NCBI GenBank assembly: GCA_950097015.1
Contig: CATNEN010000003.1
Coordinates: 7,316,001 to 7,380,000, forward strand
Origin: Macrostomum hystrix
Taxonomy: Eukaryota; Animalia; Platyhelminthes
Direction: 5' to 3'
Length of the DNA: 64,000 bases
In this document: positions 46,853 to 59,833 of the stretch, in pieces
Position numbering within the stretch: the stretch's first letter is position 1
Layout of the letters: the number at the start of each line of letters is the position of its first letter
Position numbers and translations under genes: made by a program
Notes under the pieces: generated by a model
The model's database searches: none
Told to the model about the DNA's origin: nothing
What the model saw: the letters and a program-made list of their open reading frames with translations, nothing else

Positions 46853-47254
46853 TTCGTACTGTTACGCATGAAGAAATTGGATTTGAAAATGAACGATTCA
46901 ATGAGTATTTAACAAACCAAGTCCTCCAGGCCATATTAGACATATTAGCTTTTGCTTATCAGCAACTTGTGCAGCTGTGCAGAATCGCCACCTTGGTCTC
47001 TTATCAGAGTCAGCGGCAAAACACATCTGGGTACTGTCAACAGTTGCGAACGGAGCAACTTGGAGCATAATAAATTGGCTATAAAGCCCTTTACGAAACG
47101 CTCCCAAATCAATATTTTCTTTTATTTTTACGCTTTCTTGACTCTTAATCGAAATTGGCCTAATTGGTCTGCGAACAAAGCAAATTTTAATTAACTTTTC
47201 ACAAAAAAATTGAAAAAAAATCATTCTAAATGATTCAACGCTTGAGTGCCTCAT

Positions 47255-47280
47255 GATTGGCTGTGAGCCGCTATATAAAC
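47255..47280 (+). promoter_or_regulatory. Putative core promoter (inverted CCAAT plus TATATAAA) of GPCR A
   Basis: GATTGG then CTATATAAA about 75 bp upstream of ATG 47351. Confidence 0.4.
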
Positions 47281-47350
47281 TCGTCTATCAAAGCCCAAAT
47301 TTAGAATTTCAAGCCTGGTTTGGTCGGATAACTTAGAGCATTCTGCGACA

Positions 47351-50300
47351 ATGTCCTCTGTGAACGAGACCACCCATGAAACTGCCACCATCGGCTACCT
47401 CGATGCATTGGACGATCTTCTGCGCGACTGTCGCAGCGGTGACCCGACCAAGCGACCATTCTGCATCGGCGCCACCGTTCTTGGCGCTCTGGCCATTTTC
47501 TTTGTGCCCGTTATTGTCTTCTTTGGCGTCATTGGCAACACCTTGACAACGTACGTGATGCTGACCGAGCCGAGACTCAAGTGTCGCCAGAATATCTACC
47601 TGGCCATGATCGCCGTGTCGGATAGCGGTAATCTCATATCTTGGGGTCTCGGCTGGCAGATTGTTGCCAAGGGCCTCCCATGGATTAGCGGCGGTACAGT
47701 CGGCTTCTTTCTAGTGAACGTGTCGGACTTCGCCTGTCGAGCGTTTCGCTTTGTACACAACTTCTTTCATGTTCTGTCGGCCAATTGGTTTCTGTTGATG
47801 ACACTGGATCGCGTGCTTACTCTTCATCATCCCTTCAAGTGAGATTGGTTTTATTTCTTTTAGTTTGTTTGTTACTTTAAATGAGTAAGTCACTTTAAAT
47901 GGTTCAAATGAGTAAGGTTTCAGGGTTCAAACGGCGTACCACTTAGTGGTTCTGACAATGTACTAGTTGATGGTGTAAGTAGTCAGTGCCTGTACACTAG
48001 CACGTTATAGATTTGCTACGTCGTGCTGCTTACAATTGCAATATCGTCTCAGTGTACATCTGCAATGTACACTGAGGCCATATATATACTCGCTACTAGC
48101 TTTTTTTTGCCCGTTGTTTTTGGGGCAGAAATTTAAAGCAAAGCAGTAAGCAATTCACGTCTCTGTATTAACCTTATAGTGAAGGTCACCATTTATTTAT
48201 TTACTGCATTAATGAAAAGTGAAGAGTTTGTTTAAGGGCGTTTTAAGTAAAAAATAAGTGAAAAGTTTGTCCAAACAGCCCCCTCTTGATTACTTCTTTA
48301 GAAACATGTCTCTTAGCCACTCCTCTATACAGTCAGTGGCAGATCCAGGAATTTTGTTTTGGGGCGGTCTGTCAGGGGAGCGCCATGAGAATCACAGAGG
48401 GGGTGCCAGCGGCCGAAAAAGGGCGCCAGGAGCCAAGAAAGGGCGCCAGCGGCTGAAAAACGGGAGCCAGCGGCTGAAAAAGGGGCGCCAGCGGCCGAAA
48501 AGGGGCGCCAGTGCTGCGACTGGCGCCCCTGGTGGGGGCATCTTATTCCCATGATTAAAATTTAGGGGGGCGACTGCCCCTCCGCCCCCCCCTAAATCTG
48601 CCTCTGTATACAGTATGCATGTACACGCGTATGCATAAGGAAAATAGCCATGGCATAACAATAACAATGTCAAAGAAACAAAATTAAACTGTTTCAGAGT
48701 TCAGAGTTAGACAGGTCAAGGTCAATTCGTGACTACTTTTCTATTAATTGCTTGCGAGTCACCTCAAGGCCTGGGGATACACCACATCTTCGTTCTTCCC
48801 CTTGGTGCGAAAATAAATAGGCCAGCTGGAGTTCCAACACGGGAGCAGGCGACATAAAGCTGCCCATGCGAGAAGCAAGGAGTCTCCAGGTTGATGCCAG
48901 CTACCTTCAGCGACTGTCCCTGAGCCTTGTTAATAGTCATCGCAAAGCACACTCTCACAGGGAACTGCAGTCGCTTGAACTGAAATGGCAGGTCCGTGGG
49001 GATAATTGGAATCCGGGGAACGAACACAGACTCTCCTCTGCCAGATCCAGTCATTATCGTGGCCTCAATCACGTGTGGGAAGAGCCGCCTGACTATCAGT
49101 CTGGTGCCGTTACACAGCCTTGGCGCATTCAGGTTGCGGAGGAGCATAATTGGTGCCCCAACTTTCAGCTGCAAGTTGTGCGATGGAGTTCCAGGAGGAT
49201 CTAGAGAGTTCAGAAACTCAACAGGATACTCCACAGCGGTGTCATCAGTCAACGTTGTATCAATTGACTTGTAGGTGAAAACTGCACCTGGCAACTCCTG
49301 AAGCAGTTGGTAGTTAATTTCGCTGGCGGCATCATTTCTGTACTGTCTCACCCAAATATCGACCGGAGAGCCCTGCGCACTGGGACGTCACCGCACTCAC
49401 CGCACTCAGTCTCAGTGCTGCTTGGGGGCCAGTAGACAGTCTAGGGGTTTGGGCTGTGTACATTCACGGCTTGAAATACAATGTACAGTCTGGGGCTTCG
49501 GCGCCCGGGGAAGGGAGGGGGTGGCTGTAATAAAATTTGGCCCGCAGAGTGGCGGAGGGGAGTTGGGGTGGCTGTCCTCGGAAAACAAAAAGTGACTCAC
49601 TTTGAGATGATGCAGCTTTGCTCTGGATTGAGTAGAGATGTTCAAAATTGACAGCATTGTTGGAAAACATGTAAAGTGTAAGTGGATCAAATTTGGAGAA
49701 AATCTGACAAAGTGGGGCGACCTTATGTCGAATTGAGTGATTTTTTGACGATTTTTGTGCAGTTTTTTGCGCTTTTGAGCAGGAAGGAAATGATTTTTCG
49801 GGAATTTGAGTAGCCTATTGCACTCAGCGTAGGTGGTTTTAGGTATGTGCAAAGTTTGGTGCGATTTGATTGAGCGGTTTCGGCGTCTATAAAGACAAAA
49901 GGTTGCACACACACAGACAGACAGACAGACAGACAGACAGCCAGACAGTTTTCACTTTTATATATATAGATGTTGGGCTTATGCCGCTTCGTGACTTCCT
50001 CTTTCTCGCAAACATCAGGTAGGGACCAAAGAAGAAGCGAGTGTAGGTATCCAGGAACGAGAAGTCGGCAGTCAGGTAGGCGCGCAGAAGGCCGCAGAAT
50101 TGGCACAGGCAGAGCAGAGCGCTGCTGACTGGGGCATAGCCTTTCAGGTTGATGATGGCGATGTCCAAGTTCAGGAAGCTGGCGATGCAGGTCCAGCCAA
50201 CGTAGGGAGAGGGAGAGGGAGAAGATCAGGCTCACCCACAGTGAGATGGCCAGCAGAAACAGGACGACAGTCTGCGGAATCAAGTTGTTCTTGTCGTACT

Positions 50301-53300
50301 GAACCTTGTCAGTGACAAAGATCCAGGCGATGTTGAAGCCGCTGCTAACTGAGTGGGAGATGAGAAAGCCGACAGGTAGAAGGCCGAGAATGCAGCACAG
50401 GGGTTCACTTCTGTAGCTCTTGCGGAACAGCAGGCTCCAGCAGTAGGCCAACATGGCGGCCTGGTATGTGTAGATCACCGCCCAGATGATGAATGGCCAG
50501 CCGGGTGGGGTCAGTTTGCTAGCAATGAGGTCGCCTCTCTGGGTCCACGGCACCCTACTGTCGTTGGAGAACAGGCCGAGTTTGTAACCGAGTTCCGATG
50601 TGCTCAGGTAGTTGAATACCAGCGTCAGCAGCAGCGTTAGGCTGGTCTAAGCCACCAGTGCAATCTGAACGCTTTGATGAACCATTCTTCCTGTTGCCTT
50701 GGTTTTAGAAGGCTATGAAAACTAAAGTCGAAAGAAAATCAGGGTAGAGTTTAGCGTAGTGTTCGGAGCGGCGCTCAAATCAAAGTGCAGAGGTTCGCTT
50801 CGAGGCCAATCCGTATTGGTTCAAATATAAATAAATATTTGAACATATATTAACTGCCTTGACTTTCTTATAGTCAGGCACTGCACACTCTCACTGTGCC
50901 TTCGAGGTTGGTCCTCAAAGGGTGTAAATTGCCCGACAAGCCCCAAGCCTTCTCTCTGCGGCTGCGCCCCAAATCAATGTGGCCTCGCCGCGGAATCGAG
51001 CTCAGGGACCTTGGTGCGAGAGAGTAACCCGTAAACCACTCTGCCACTCACCCACCTTGGTTGCATGATTCTCGCTTTTCTACGAGCTAAGAACATATTT
51101 TAAAAAGTTTTTTTTCGTTGCAAGGAAGTATGATGATGATGATTGAAGTTAAAGGATTTTTTAATATTTTGCGAGCTACTATAGTACCTGATCGTAGATT
51201 ATAAATTTGCACATGTCGTTTCTCTCACGAAGTCTGAATTTATTTAGATGTTTTGCGAAAGCTGACAGTTAAGATTGATGCGAACACGTTAGACCACTCT
51301 GCCAATCACCCTAGCTGTCTCCCAATGATAGCTTTATCATCCAATATTGTATTCGCGATTGTATTGTGAATCCACACAATCTAATTTAAAACAGAAAAAT
51401 TCTTCCGGTTTATAATTTCAAAGTCCCATGCTTGCATTCTAAACCGATGTTTCTCAGATTTCATCTTTCAGTTCATCTCACAGCATTTCGCATTGTGTTT
51501 TCGGCAAACAACGCAGACTCTGTGTTAAATGAAGGCCAAATTTTTGCAAATTTTTGAAATTACATCAGTCTCCATTTGCATTTACCTCGAAACGAATAAA
51601 GCGCATAGCTTACCTGTTAGTTGAAACATTCAATCTGACCGTCACTAAAATGATTGATACACTGAACTGTGAGACTGAAAAAAGCGTTTGTGTAGTAAAC
51701 GGTGTAGTAAATATATAGTTAGTTTTACTAATGACATCTAGAATACCTGTATCTAGTATCTAAAATTTAGCATTCTAGATGTCCATGACTTTTGCACTAT
51801 GGGGTGTATTTGCACTGTGAAGTTTTATTCTTCTAAAATCACTATACTCGTTTTACGTAACAGAATCGAGCTACAGGACATTAGTCGTTTGAAATTATCC
51901 TCAGCAACCTATTGAGCAGCTTTACCTGAGAAGGGCAAAGTGGCAGAGCTGTCTGCATCTCGAACACGTTGAATGCAGGTCTCGAACACGAACACGTTTG
52001 CATCTCGAACCGAGGTCCCAGAGCTCGATTCCGCAGCGAGGCCACACTATTTTAGGGCAGTCAAGGATAGAAGGCTTCAGGGCTTGTTCAACTTACGTAC
52101 TTGAGGGCCGTACACCACTTGTATACCACCTGACGATGAGAAAGTCAGGGCAGATGCACACACCTATGTGAGTGTGTGCTCAGGAATCAGCGGAATGAGC
52201 AGAATTGCTTCTTGCTGGCTGCGGGTCTACTGACACGAAATAATGTGCCCTTGCACACAGCCATCCTCCCAATAGAAAATATACTCAGCAACCGTCAGAA
52301 GTGGCATCCCTGGCGAAAGGGAAAAGTTTCCAGCTAGACGACGTAGCCAGAGTGAATGTAATGACATTTTAACTGTATGGCACTGCAGCGCTGGTTTTGC
52401 TCAAAGCCATCTTTCAACAGGCTGGAGCCAATGAGAGTTGGGCGAATAATACCAAAGTTTACATTGGTGGCAGCGAATGCACTTTTACCTCCCAAGTTCT
52501 CAGGCGCAGGCGACACAGACACCAATATGTGGTTGCAGTTGTTCGAGGATTTAGCCGAAGACTCAAAGTGGGATGATGCCCATATGACCTCTAAAATCAA
52601 ACTGCTGCTATCTGGTGAAGCGCTTGTATTTGTGTGGGACCTGGCACAGAAAAAGAAGAAGTGCGACAAGAGGATAAAAGACGAAGTGATCCAGTTCTAC
52701 AGTAGTAAGGAGAACTCTTTCTGTCCCATGTCAGAGTTCGAAAGCCGGAAGCGACGGCAAGGAGAATTGCTGAGGGAACTGTGCTTCGCCCCATAAGCTT
52801 CTGTACTTGAAGGCACGCCCTAAACTCATAAAGGAGGTGAGAGACTGCGAAGTAAGACACCGACTGCTGGCCCTACTGTGAAAGGACATTCGCGAGGCGC
52901 TGCGCAGGACTCCAATTGGAGCAAACGCAGCCCGGAACAGCTGGCGGACTGCGCTGCCGCACTGGAGGGCATCTGCGGCAAGGGAGTATCTACAAGCGTC
53001 GCGGCAAACTCGGTTGGTGTCTTGATTTCTTATGCAACAAATTGAGTCCTCGCAGTAAGAGCCCGTTCATACGGCTGTGAGCCAATTCAGGCTGAGAGTC
53101 AAAATATATTTAAGTTTAACAGAGCGATAAGGAAGGGGGGTTGGCGGTACGATAACATGAGTGCGCGACTGAGGGTAGGAGAGGAGGCTAGAACGTGAGC
53201 GGCGGACCAATCAGATAGGAGGAAAGAAAGAAAGGATAGAGAATGAGAGATCAGCCGCAGAGATAACGAGAGAGAAAGAACTAGATTGAACTGGACGATG

Positions 53301-56300
53301 TAAACAAGAAAAGTGCAGAGAACGAAAGAGTGAATAGAGGACAAAAGGCAGAGACGAAAGTCGCGACAGTTGGCAACTAAATGGTGGACCAGCTGGAGCA
53401 GATAAAGGAGCAGCTGACTGACCTGGCTGCAACAGTCGCTACCATCAGCAGCCGCGGTGGACGAGGAGGCTCTCGAGGGAGAGGAGCTAGAGGGAAGAGT
53501 CGCGGAAGATGCTTCAACTGCGCTCAACCCAGCCATTTCGCGGCTCAGTGCCCAGCAAGCAGGCCTCACTAGCCACACCGACAGTGTGCGGCCGCTGCTC
53601 AGGCAATGGGCACTGGGCTGAGGTCTATCCGACCCCAGCCTCGGGAAACTTCTGAGGACTGGTGACCGCGGGCCATCACAAACCCTGCCTAGCAAGGCCC
53701 AAACTGCCTCAATCTTCCTGGCCAGCAGCATCGCTGTCTGGCACTACAGATGGCTGTTCGACAGCGGCGTGGTGACGCTTGTATCAGCCGCTCAGCTTCG
53801 TGCTCTTGGAATCGCCGCTCAGTTTCAGCACTCCAGTCGGTATCGATGGTCGACGCTTGGAGTCTCCGGCGAGTGCGACACTGGAAATACAGCTAGAAGA
53901 GCTCGCAGAAGATGGTCGCAGACATTCAGCCAAAGTGCATGCTCGGCATGGACCGCATTAGTAAGTTGTGCTCGAGCTTTAGTGTGGATCTCCAAAACAC
54001 GCTCGTTGTTCGGTCCAGATCGGGTCAACTACGATACCTCTCCTCCCCGACCCGAGCCCCGCCAAGTGGTGCCCACCGCCGTGATTGCAATGATCGCTAG
54101 CACCGTGACCATCCCCGCTCGCAGCCGCATCATTATACCAGTCAAGGTACCGTCGTCTACCGTCGTCTGTCGTCTGCAACCTGAGTGCCGACTCGGTGGT
54201 GCTCTTTCAAAACCAACCCATCGGCAACTTCGATGCTGCTGAACTTCTAGGCCCAGGAGAAAGGTCTGTTGAAGAGGAGGCTGAGCTCAACATCGAACCT
54301 GAACTGAACTGAACTGACCGAGTATCAACGCCACTTTGCCAAAGACCTGCTAAGAAAGCACGAGCAAGCGTTCGCTAGCCATGAGTTCGACCCCGGCACG
54401 ACTCACCTGCTGCAGCACGAGATCAACCTGGAGCCCGGCAGTCGCCCCATCAAGCACAGATAGCGGACGGTGCCGCAGAATTTCCGGCAGCTGGTAGACG
54501 ACAAGATCAGCGAGATGCTGCGCCACGAGATCATAGAGCTTTCTTGCAGACCTTTCAACGCCTGATGGATCTGAGGATGGCTGGGCTGAACTGGTCGGAG
54601 GTCGGAGGTAGGAGGATGTCCTAGGGAGACTACAGTCTGCCGGCATCAACTTAAACAAGCACAAGAGCTGCTTCTGCTTCGGTGGTCGAGTATCTAGGAC
54701 ACAAAATCTCAGCAGAAGGAATCCAACCGACTCAGGACAAGGTCAGCGCCATCCAGTCCATCGCGACACCCGAGAGCGCGGAGGACGTTCGTCGGCTGGT
54801 TGGCATGCTCGCTTCTATAGGCGGTTCGCTCCGCACTTCACCAGCACTTCGACTGCATCAGGCGACCCAGAAGGGGCGGCAATGTCAATGGACGACATAG
54901 CGCGAGGCGGCCCTGCAGAAGCTGAAGTCTGCACTGTCTACACCTCCAGTGCTGAAGCTGCCGGATTTCAGCAAAGGATTCCGGATGTGCTGTGACAGCA
55001 GTGGTGTGGCCATCGCTGGAGTCCTCAGCCAACTCCACGAGGGTATCGAATGTCCTGTGGCCTACGCGTCGAGAGTCCTGAATAAGGCAGAGCGCAATTA
55101 TTAGACAACCCACAGAGAGCTTCTCGCGGTTGAGTGGGCGCTAAAGCACTTCCGGAACTACCTGGCATCCTCGATAGAAATTCTCGTTTTCACCGACCAC
55201 AAGCCGCTGCAAGGCCCGCTGAACACCAAAGAGCCTGAAGGTCGTCTCTCCAGACGACCATCACTACTTGCAATAGTTCTGATATGATACCGGTTGATGA
55301 CTCTGATATGATACTGGTTGATGACTCTGATATGATACCGGTTGATGGTTCTGATATGATACCGGTTGATGACTCTGATATGATACCGGTTGATGACTCT
55401 GATATGATACCGGTTGATGACTCTGATATGATACCGGTTGATGGTTCTGATATGATACCGGTTGATGACTCTGATATGATACTGTTTGATTGTTTTATGA
55501 TGTTACTAATAGATACTTTGGATTAAAAAATATTATTTTCGTTATTAACTCGAAACTAAAAATAAATTCCACAAAAATGAGACACCTTAACTCATGCAAA
55601 TTCGCAGATTTCGCACGCTGACAAATCGCTCTGCCTGGAAGGCCCTATTGATGGTGCTTATAATTTCGGTAGTCATGGTCGCTCCCGTCCCAGTGTTCAC
55701 CGGATGGTACATCTTGGACAACAAGATCGCCTGCTTGGCTGTTCCATTCTTTGGTGAAGCTATTCGAGTCTGGACTATTGTACGCAATGCACTGTTCATG
55801 ATACCGCCAATGGTGCAGCTTCTCGCGATCAGCATCGTCAACTTGTTCCTACTTCGCAAAGTGCTGAAGATACTACGCAACCGCAAGAACATGGCCAATA
55901 CCAGCGAGAAGGACAAAGACTCCGACGAGATTGGTCCATCGATGGTTGTGCTGTTCCTGTCGCTTGCGTACTTTCTGTCCGGGATGCCGCCCTGTATCGC
56001 GCAGTACATTGTGCTGCAGCTGACCGTGTTCTCGCCGACAACCGACCAGAGCATGCTGCGCACTGCGCTCAACCTCGGAGATGTCGGCCAGATTCTGCTG
56101 CTTTTCAACCAGGCCATTAACTGGATCATTCTGGCTTGGAAAAATCGACTCTTCCGCGCTCGCTTCATTCGAGCTCTCACCTGCGGTCTGGTGAAGGCCA
56201 GCCTGCCTGCAAATATATACGGCAGCGGCGGGAGTCTATCGGCTGCCTCCACAGTCAGGCATCGAAGTGCTGGTGGCGCAGTGACCGCAGGTACAAGCGA

Positions 56301-56331
56301 TTCTGTACCGCAAGCAGAAAATATTGTGTAA
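47351..56331 (+). CDS. Rhodopsin-class orphan GPCR A; exons 47351-47838 and 55608-56331 (7.8-kb intron)
   Basis: TM1-3 (GVIGN, AVSD, LDRV) in exon 1 and TM4-7 in exon 2; phase-2 junction AA|gtgag...cgcag|A; collinear with paralog at 59834-61721. Confidence 0.85.
48334..48606. mobile_element. hAT-type MITE nested in the Helitron
   Basis: Exact 8-bp TSD TATACAGT (48326-48333, 48607-48614); TIR CAGTGGCAGAT/ATCTGCCTCTG; internal ~21-22-bp repeats. Confidence 0.85.
48764..49351 (-). pseudogene. Helitron RepHel PIF1-like helicase C-terminal fragment
   Basis: LKVGAPIMLLRNL..LCNGTRL, QFPVRVCFAMTINKAQGQS, FSHGQLYVACSRV; 5'-truncated, with a frameshift near the C-terminus (expected TKNVVY). Confidence 0.9.
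50005..50685 (-). pseudogene. Intronless pseudogene of a multi-pass membrane protein (TPxGWxFxIWxxIY family, TspO/MBR-related), antisense inside the GPCR A intron
   Basis: ATG 50685, in-frame TAG at codon 13, TPPGWPFIIWAVIY, frameshift near 50210 into YVGWTCIASFLN..LDTYTRFFFGPY, 3'-truncated next to the Helitron 5' end. Confidence 0.7.
50853..51055 (-). mobile_element. SINE family B, 5' half
   Basis: Matches the 17430-17626 portion of the reference copy. Confidence 0.85.
51932..52270 (+). mobile_element. Diverged SINE family B
   Basis: GAGCTCGATTCCGCAGCGAGGCCAC, CTGACGATGAGAAAGTCAGGGCAG, GGCTGCGGGTCTA. Confidence 0.8.
52293..55262 (+). mobile_element. Decayed Ty3/Gypsy LTR retrotransposon internal region (gag, protease, partial RT, RNase H)
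   Basis: PPKFSG..WLQLFE gag, CFNCAQPSHFAAQC zinc knuckle, LFDSG protease, YLGHKISAEGIQP, CDSS..PVAYASRVL..ELLAV..FTDHKPL RNase H; many stops and frameshifts; degenerate PBS-like GTCAGAAGTGG. Confidence 0.9.
53018..53368. mobile_element. Solo LTR inserted in the Gypsy gag
   Basis: TGTCTTGA...TCGCGACA termini flanked by 5-bp TSD GTTGG. Confidence 0.75.
55279..55490. repeat. 24-bp minisatellite (CTGATATGATACCGGTTGATGACT)
   Basis: About 8 tandem units at the truncated end of the Gypsy element. Confidence 0.92.
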
Positions 56332-58269
56332 ATCATTCAAATCGGGAGAAAAGAAAGCAAGAAAATATTCTATGTCTCTATCGAAAAATAGATTTGCCGT
56401 TTTCTGTGAGTTGAAGGACAGATTTAAACGAATTCAGCAACAATTCAAATTATTTTAAACGATCGCGCATACCTGGACACCTACTTTTCTAGTGGGAAAC
56501 TGCAAATCCTTACCTTATATTTACACTCAAATCTGTCGCGACTAAAGCTTTATTTATTCAACACTGAGCACCTCGCTTTTGTTTCTTCTTGCATTGTATT
56601 AGAAACCTGTTTTGTCTAAGCACCAACCAATATGTTTAAATGATATTCTTATTCACGAACAGGAGTGACACATTCTGAGCACCACAGTACGGACGAGAGT
56701 CGTTTTATGGAATAGCTCTAGTTACGAGTGTATTTTAATGTGATTCATACAATTTTGCTGCTGTCATCTCGATTTAGAACTCATAAAAGCTAGCGAGAAC
56801 CCTCAGCTAGTCATAAAACACGCATGTAACACCATATAAAGAGTATATTAATTATTTTAGAATATATTTTTAATGCCTTTTAATGGCTCCAACGGTTAGT
56901 TTATGCACTGAAAATCTTCATAATTAAAAAAAACTGTTCTGGACTCAATATTCGCATCGAAATACGACTCTTCACTTTATCATGCTTACCATAAAGCATC
57001 AATCCTGGGAAATATGACCTAAATATACTATCCCACCTATCTAGATAGTTTGCAAGGCACACAAATACAACAGTCTATTAAAAAGTATTAAAATCATTTT
57101 TACAGAATTTTAGTTAATTACTGTGCATGTGAGTTCACAATTTGATAAAAATCATGACTATTCGCATATTAGAATATTCTTGAAAGTTGAAATCGTCAAG
57201 ACTTTTAGCTCTAGTCTAAGAACTAATGGTTTCATTCACTGCTCAGGAAAATCTCTTGTGCTATGCTCTAAGACGTTTTAAGCCAGGTGTCTAAAATTCT
57301 ACTAGTTTTTGTTCTAATTCCCATGTCCCTTCACCCGGAAGAAGTGGCCCCAATACCTCCTGCTAAATATAGGACGGTAGACATTATGCCCTAAGCAACT
57401 CTTTTACCAGACACTTCTTCCAGCAACATTCTACCACTTCCTTTGGTTCATAACCACTGCCAACAATAACTTCTCATCGAAGGGGAAGAAAGTTACTGTG
57501 ACTTAGACTACTGATCTAGCTCGTAGTCGTTTGTACTTTTAAATAGTTGACAAGAATTCGATAATTATTTCTTGGACGCAGTCATCAATATGTTATTAAA
57601 ACGGGGGCTGTAGGTATAACTGCTAAAATATGTCCAAGGACAAGGACATTATTCTTGTACACGGGTATAATGCGACTCTCTAACATGCTCACACAAGCTC
57701 ACACATTTTCTGGTTAAGCAAAGACAGTACAAATACTTGACTGCTTTGTTGTTGTGTTCTTAATTGGCAATAGCAAAAACTTGTTTTGTTGGAGAGTTTG
57801 ATCAACTCTTAGAATTGAACAGGTTGCTCAACTTTGAAATATCCTTCAGCTGGCATACACTAACTTAACATGCAAACAGAAGCTGTTGACATTGTGTTGC
57901 ATAGAAATTACACACCCAAATTCACCGATCTGTGGCAGACTTTGCCTTAGAAGAAGACTGTGAGATTGTTAACCTGCTCAAACAAAACTGACTTCAAACT
58001 CCGTTCATATTTGCATGCAAAATACTGCCACTGATAGTCAATAACAGCTGCCAGCGCGTGACCCACAGTCGTATGAAGCGATGAATTTAGTTTGTTTGAA
58101 CACTCTCACGCCGTGAAAGAAATTTTTAAGAGGCAAGAAAAGGAGTGAATGAAGATTCTAGATTAACTTGATCTTTTTAGTGGATGAAGTCTTTGTTAGA
58201 CCAAATATGCAACAGCGTAACAAGAGGAAATAGTAAGTATTGACCAATTAAATTGACATAACTGAAACT

Positions 58270-59010
58270 GAGACATTTCCCATGAGACATGGCAGAGATA
58301 AGACAGGGAATAGATGAGACAGTGGGAGTGATAAGACAGCGCAGAGATAAGACAGGGAGAGGTAAGACATGGAGGAGAGATGAGACAGGGGAGATATGAG
58401 GCAGGGAGAGATGAGACACGGAAGAGATGAGACAGGGCGAGATGAGACATGAGAGAGATCAAACTGGGGAGAGATGAGACATGGGAGATATCAGCCATGG
58501 GAGAGATCAGACAGGGGAGAGATGAGACATGGGAGAGATAAGACATAGGATAGATGAGACATGGGAGAGATGAGACATGGGAGAGATGAGACAGGGGAGA
58601 GATGAGACAGGGGAGATATGAGGCAGGGAGAGATGAGACACGGAAGAGATGAGACAGGGCGAGATGAGACATGAGAGAGATCAAACTGGGGAGAGATGAG
58701 ACATGGGAGATATCAGACATGGGAGAGATGAGACACGGGAGAGATGAGACAGGGGAGAGATGAGACATGGGAGAGATGAGACATGGGAGAGATGAGACAG
58801 GGGAGAGATGAGACAGGGGAGAGATGAGACATGGGAGAGATGAGACATGGGAGAGATGAGACATGGGAGAGATGAGACATGGGAGAGATGAGACAGGGGA
58901 GAGATGAGACAGGGGAGAGATGAGAAATGGGAGAGATAAGACATGGGAGAGATGAGACATAGGAGAGATGAGACATGGGAGAGATGAGACAGGGGAGAGA
59001 TAAGACAGTG
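58270..59010. repeat. 18-bp purine-rich minisatellite (GAGAGATGAGACATGGGA), with a higher-order duplication
   Basis: Tandem units; same unit as inside the MITE at 37417 (opposite strand). Confidence 0.93.
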
Positions 59011-59833
59011 AGAATCGCTGAAAGTTTCCAGTGTGCAGGATTTATCGATTTTTTTTTAGAAATCGAATGAACTTAGAAAATTTCATGGATATCAAACTCA
59101 TGACTTCACCTGCTCGTGACAATCATTTTGACTCATTTATGCGTATGAGACACGACCGTATTTTGAAATGTTTGAAATCATTTCCCAAATATTATTTGTT
59201 TAGAGCACATAGATATTGATTTATGCAGACAGGTGAAGGAACTGTTTTGACACGAGATATTATTTGCAAAGTTGCATGTCCAATCGGGATTGTAGCATGA
59301 GAATCTAGGCAGCCTGTTTCTTTGCTTTCCAAAAATCCATAGCGTCAGCATTATTTTGATTTCGATTTTTACATGTCTGGAGAACGAACAGATCAATCGA
59401 TCATTTTCTTATTTGATAATGCAGAAAGAGCGGAAAGAACTTAGCAGGTTACGAAGCACAATAATCCTGGAAAAAAATCATGAGACAGGAATTTTTTGCT
59501 TTTAAAATGGGAAAATACGACGAATTTTGTAAGCCAATTGTTTTGTTAGCGTGCTGCCATAAGCATGCAAGTCTTTCTAATTGCCAATGTTATTTAGTTA
59601 CTTTGTACTACTTACGGTAAAATAAACCTGGTTTAAGGAAACAAGCTTGTACAGTTAGTATCGTTTACCTTTACTCGTAATTCTATTATGGGCTGGTGTT
59701 AAGACTAAGACAAACACTGAGACAGATTTGCTTAGTAAATTCAAATAATACATCTATGTAGAAATGTTTTTTAGAGGCCAGATACTAGATCAAGTAAATA
59801 TCAAATTTTGGTTCCCTTTTGAGTTTAGATGAG

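Larger units (their letters stand above)
48096..49970 (-). mobile_element. Internally deleted Helitron
   Basis: 5' A|TCTATATATATAAAA followed by (CTGT)n; 3' hairpin GCCC...GGGC then CTAG|T at 48096; retains a PIF1 helicase C-terminus. Confidence 0.85.

Noticed and set aside
55587-56336. 249-aa antisense ORF over GPCR A exon 2 (and similar shadow ORFs over TRPA and the mariner)
   Set aside because: Typical antisense shadow of GC-rich coding sequence; no independent motifs.
58196-58976. Ser/Leu/His/Pro-rich ORFs
   Set aside because: Translations of the 18-bp purine-rich minisatellite.
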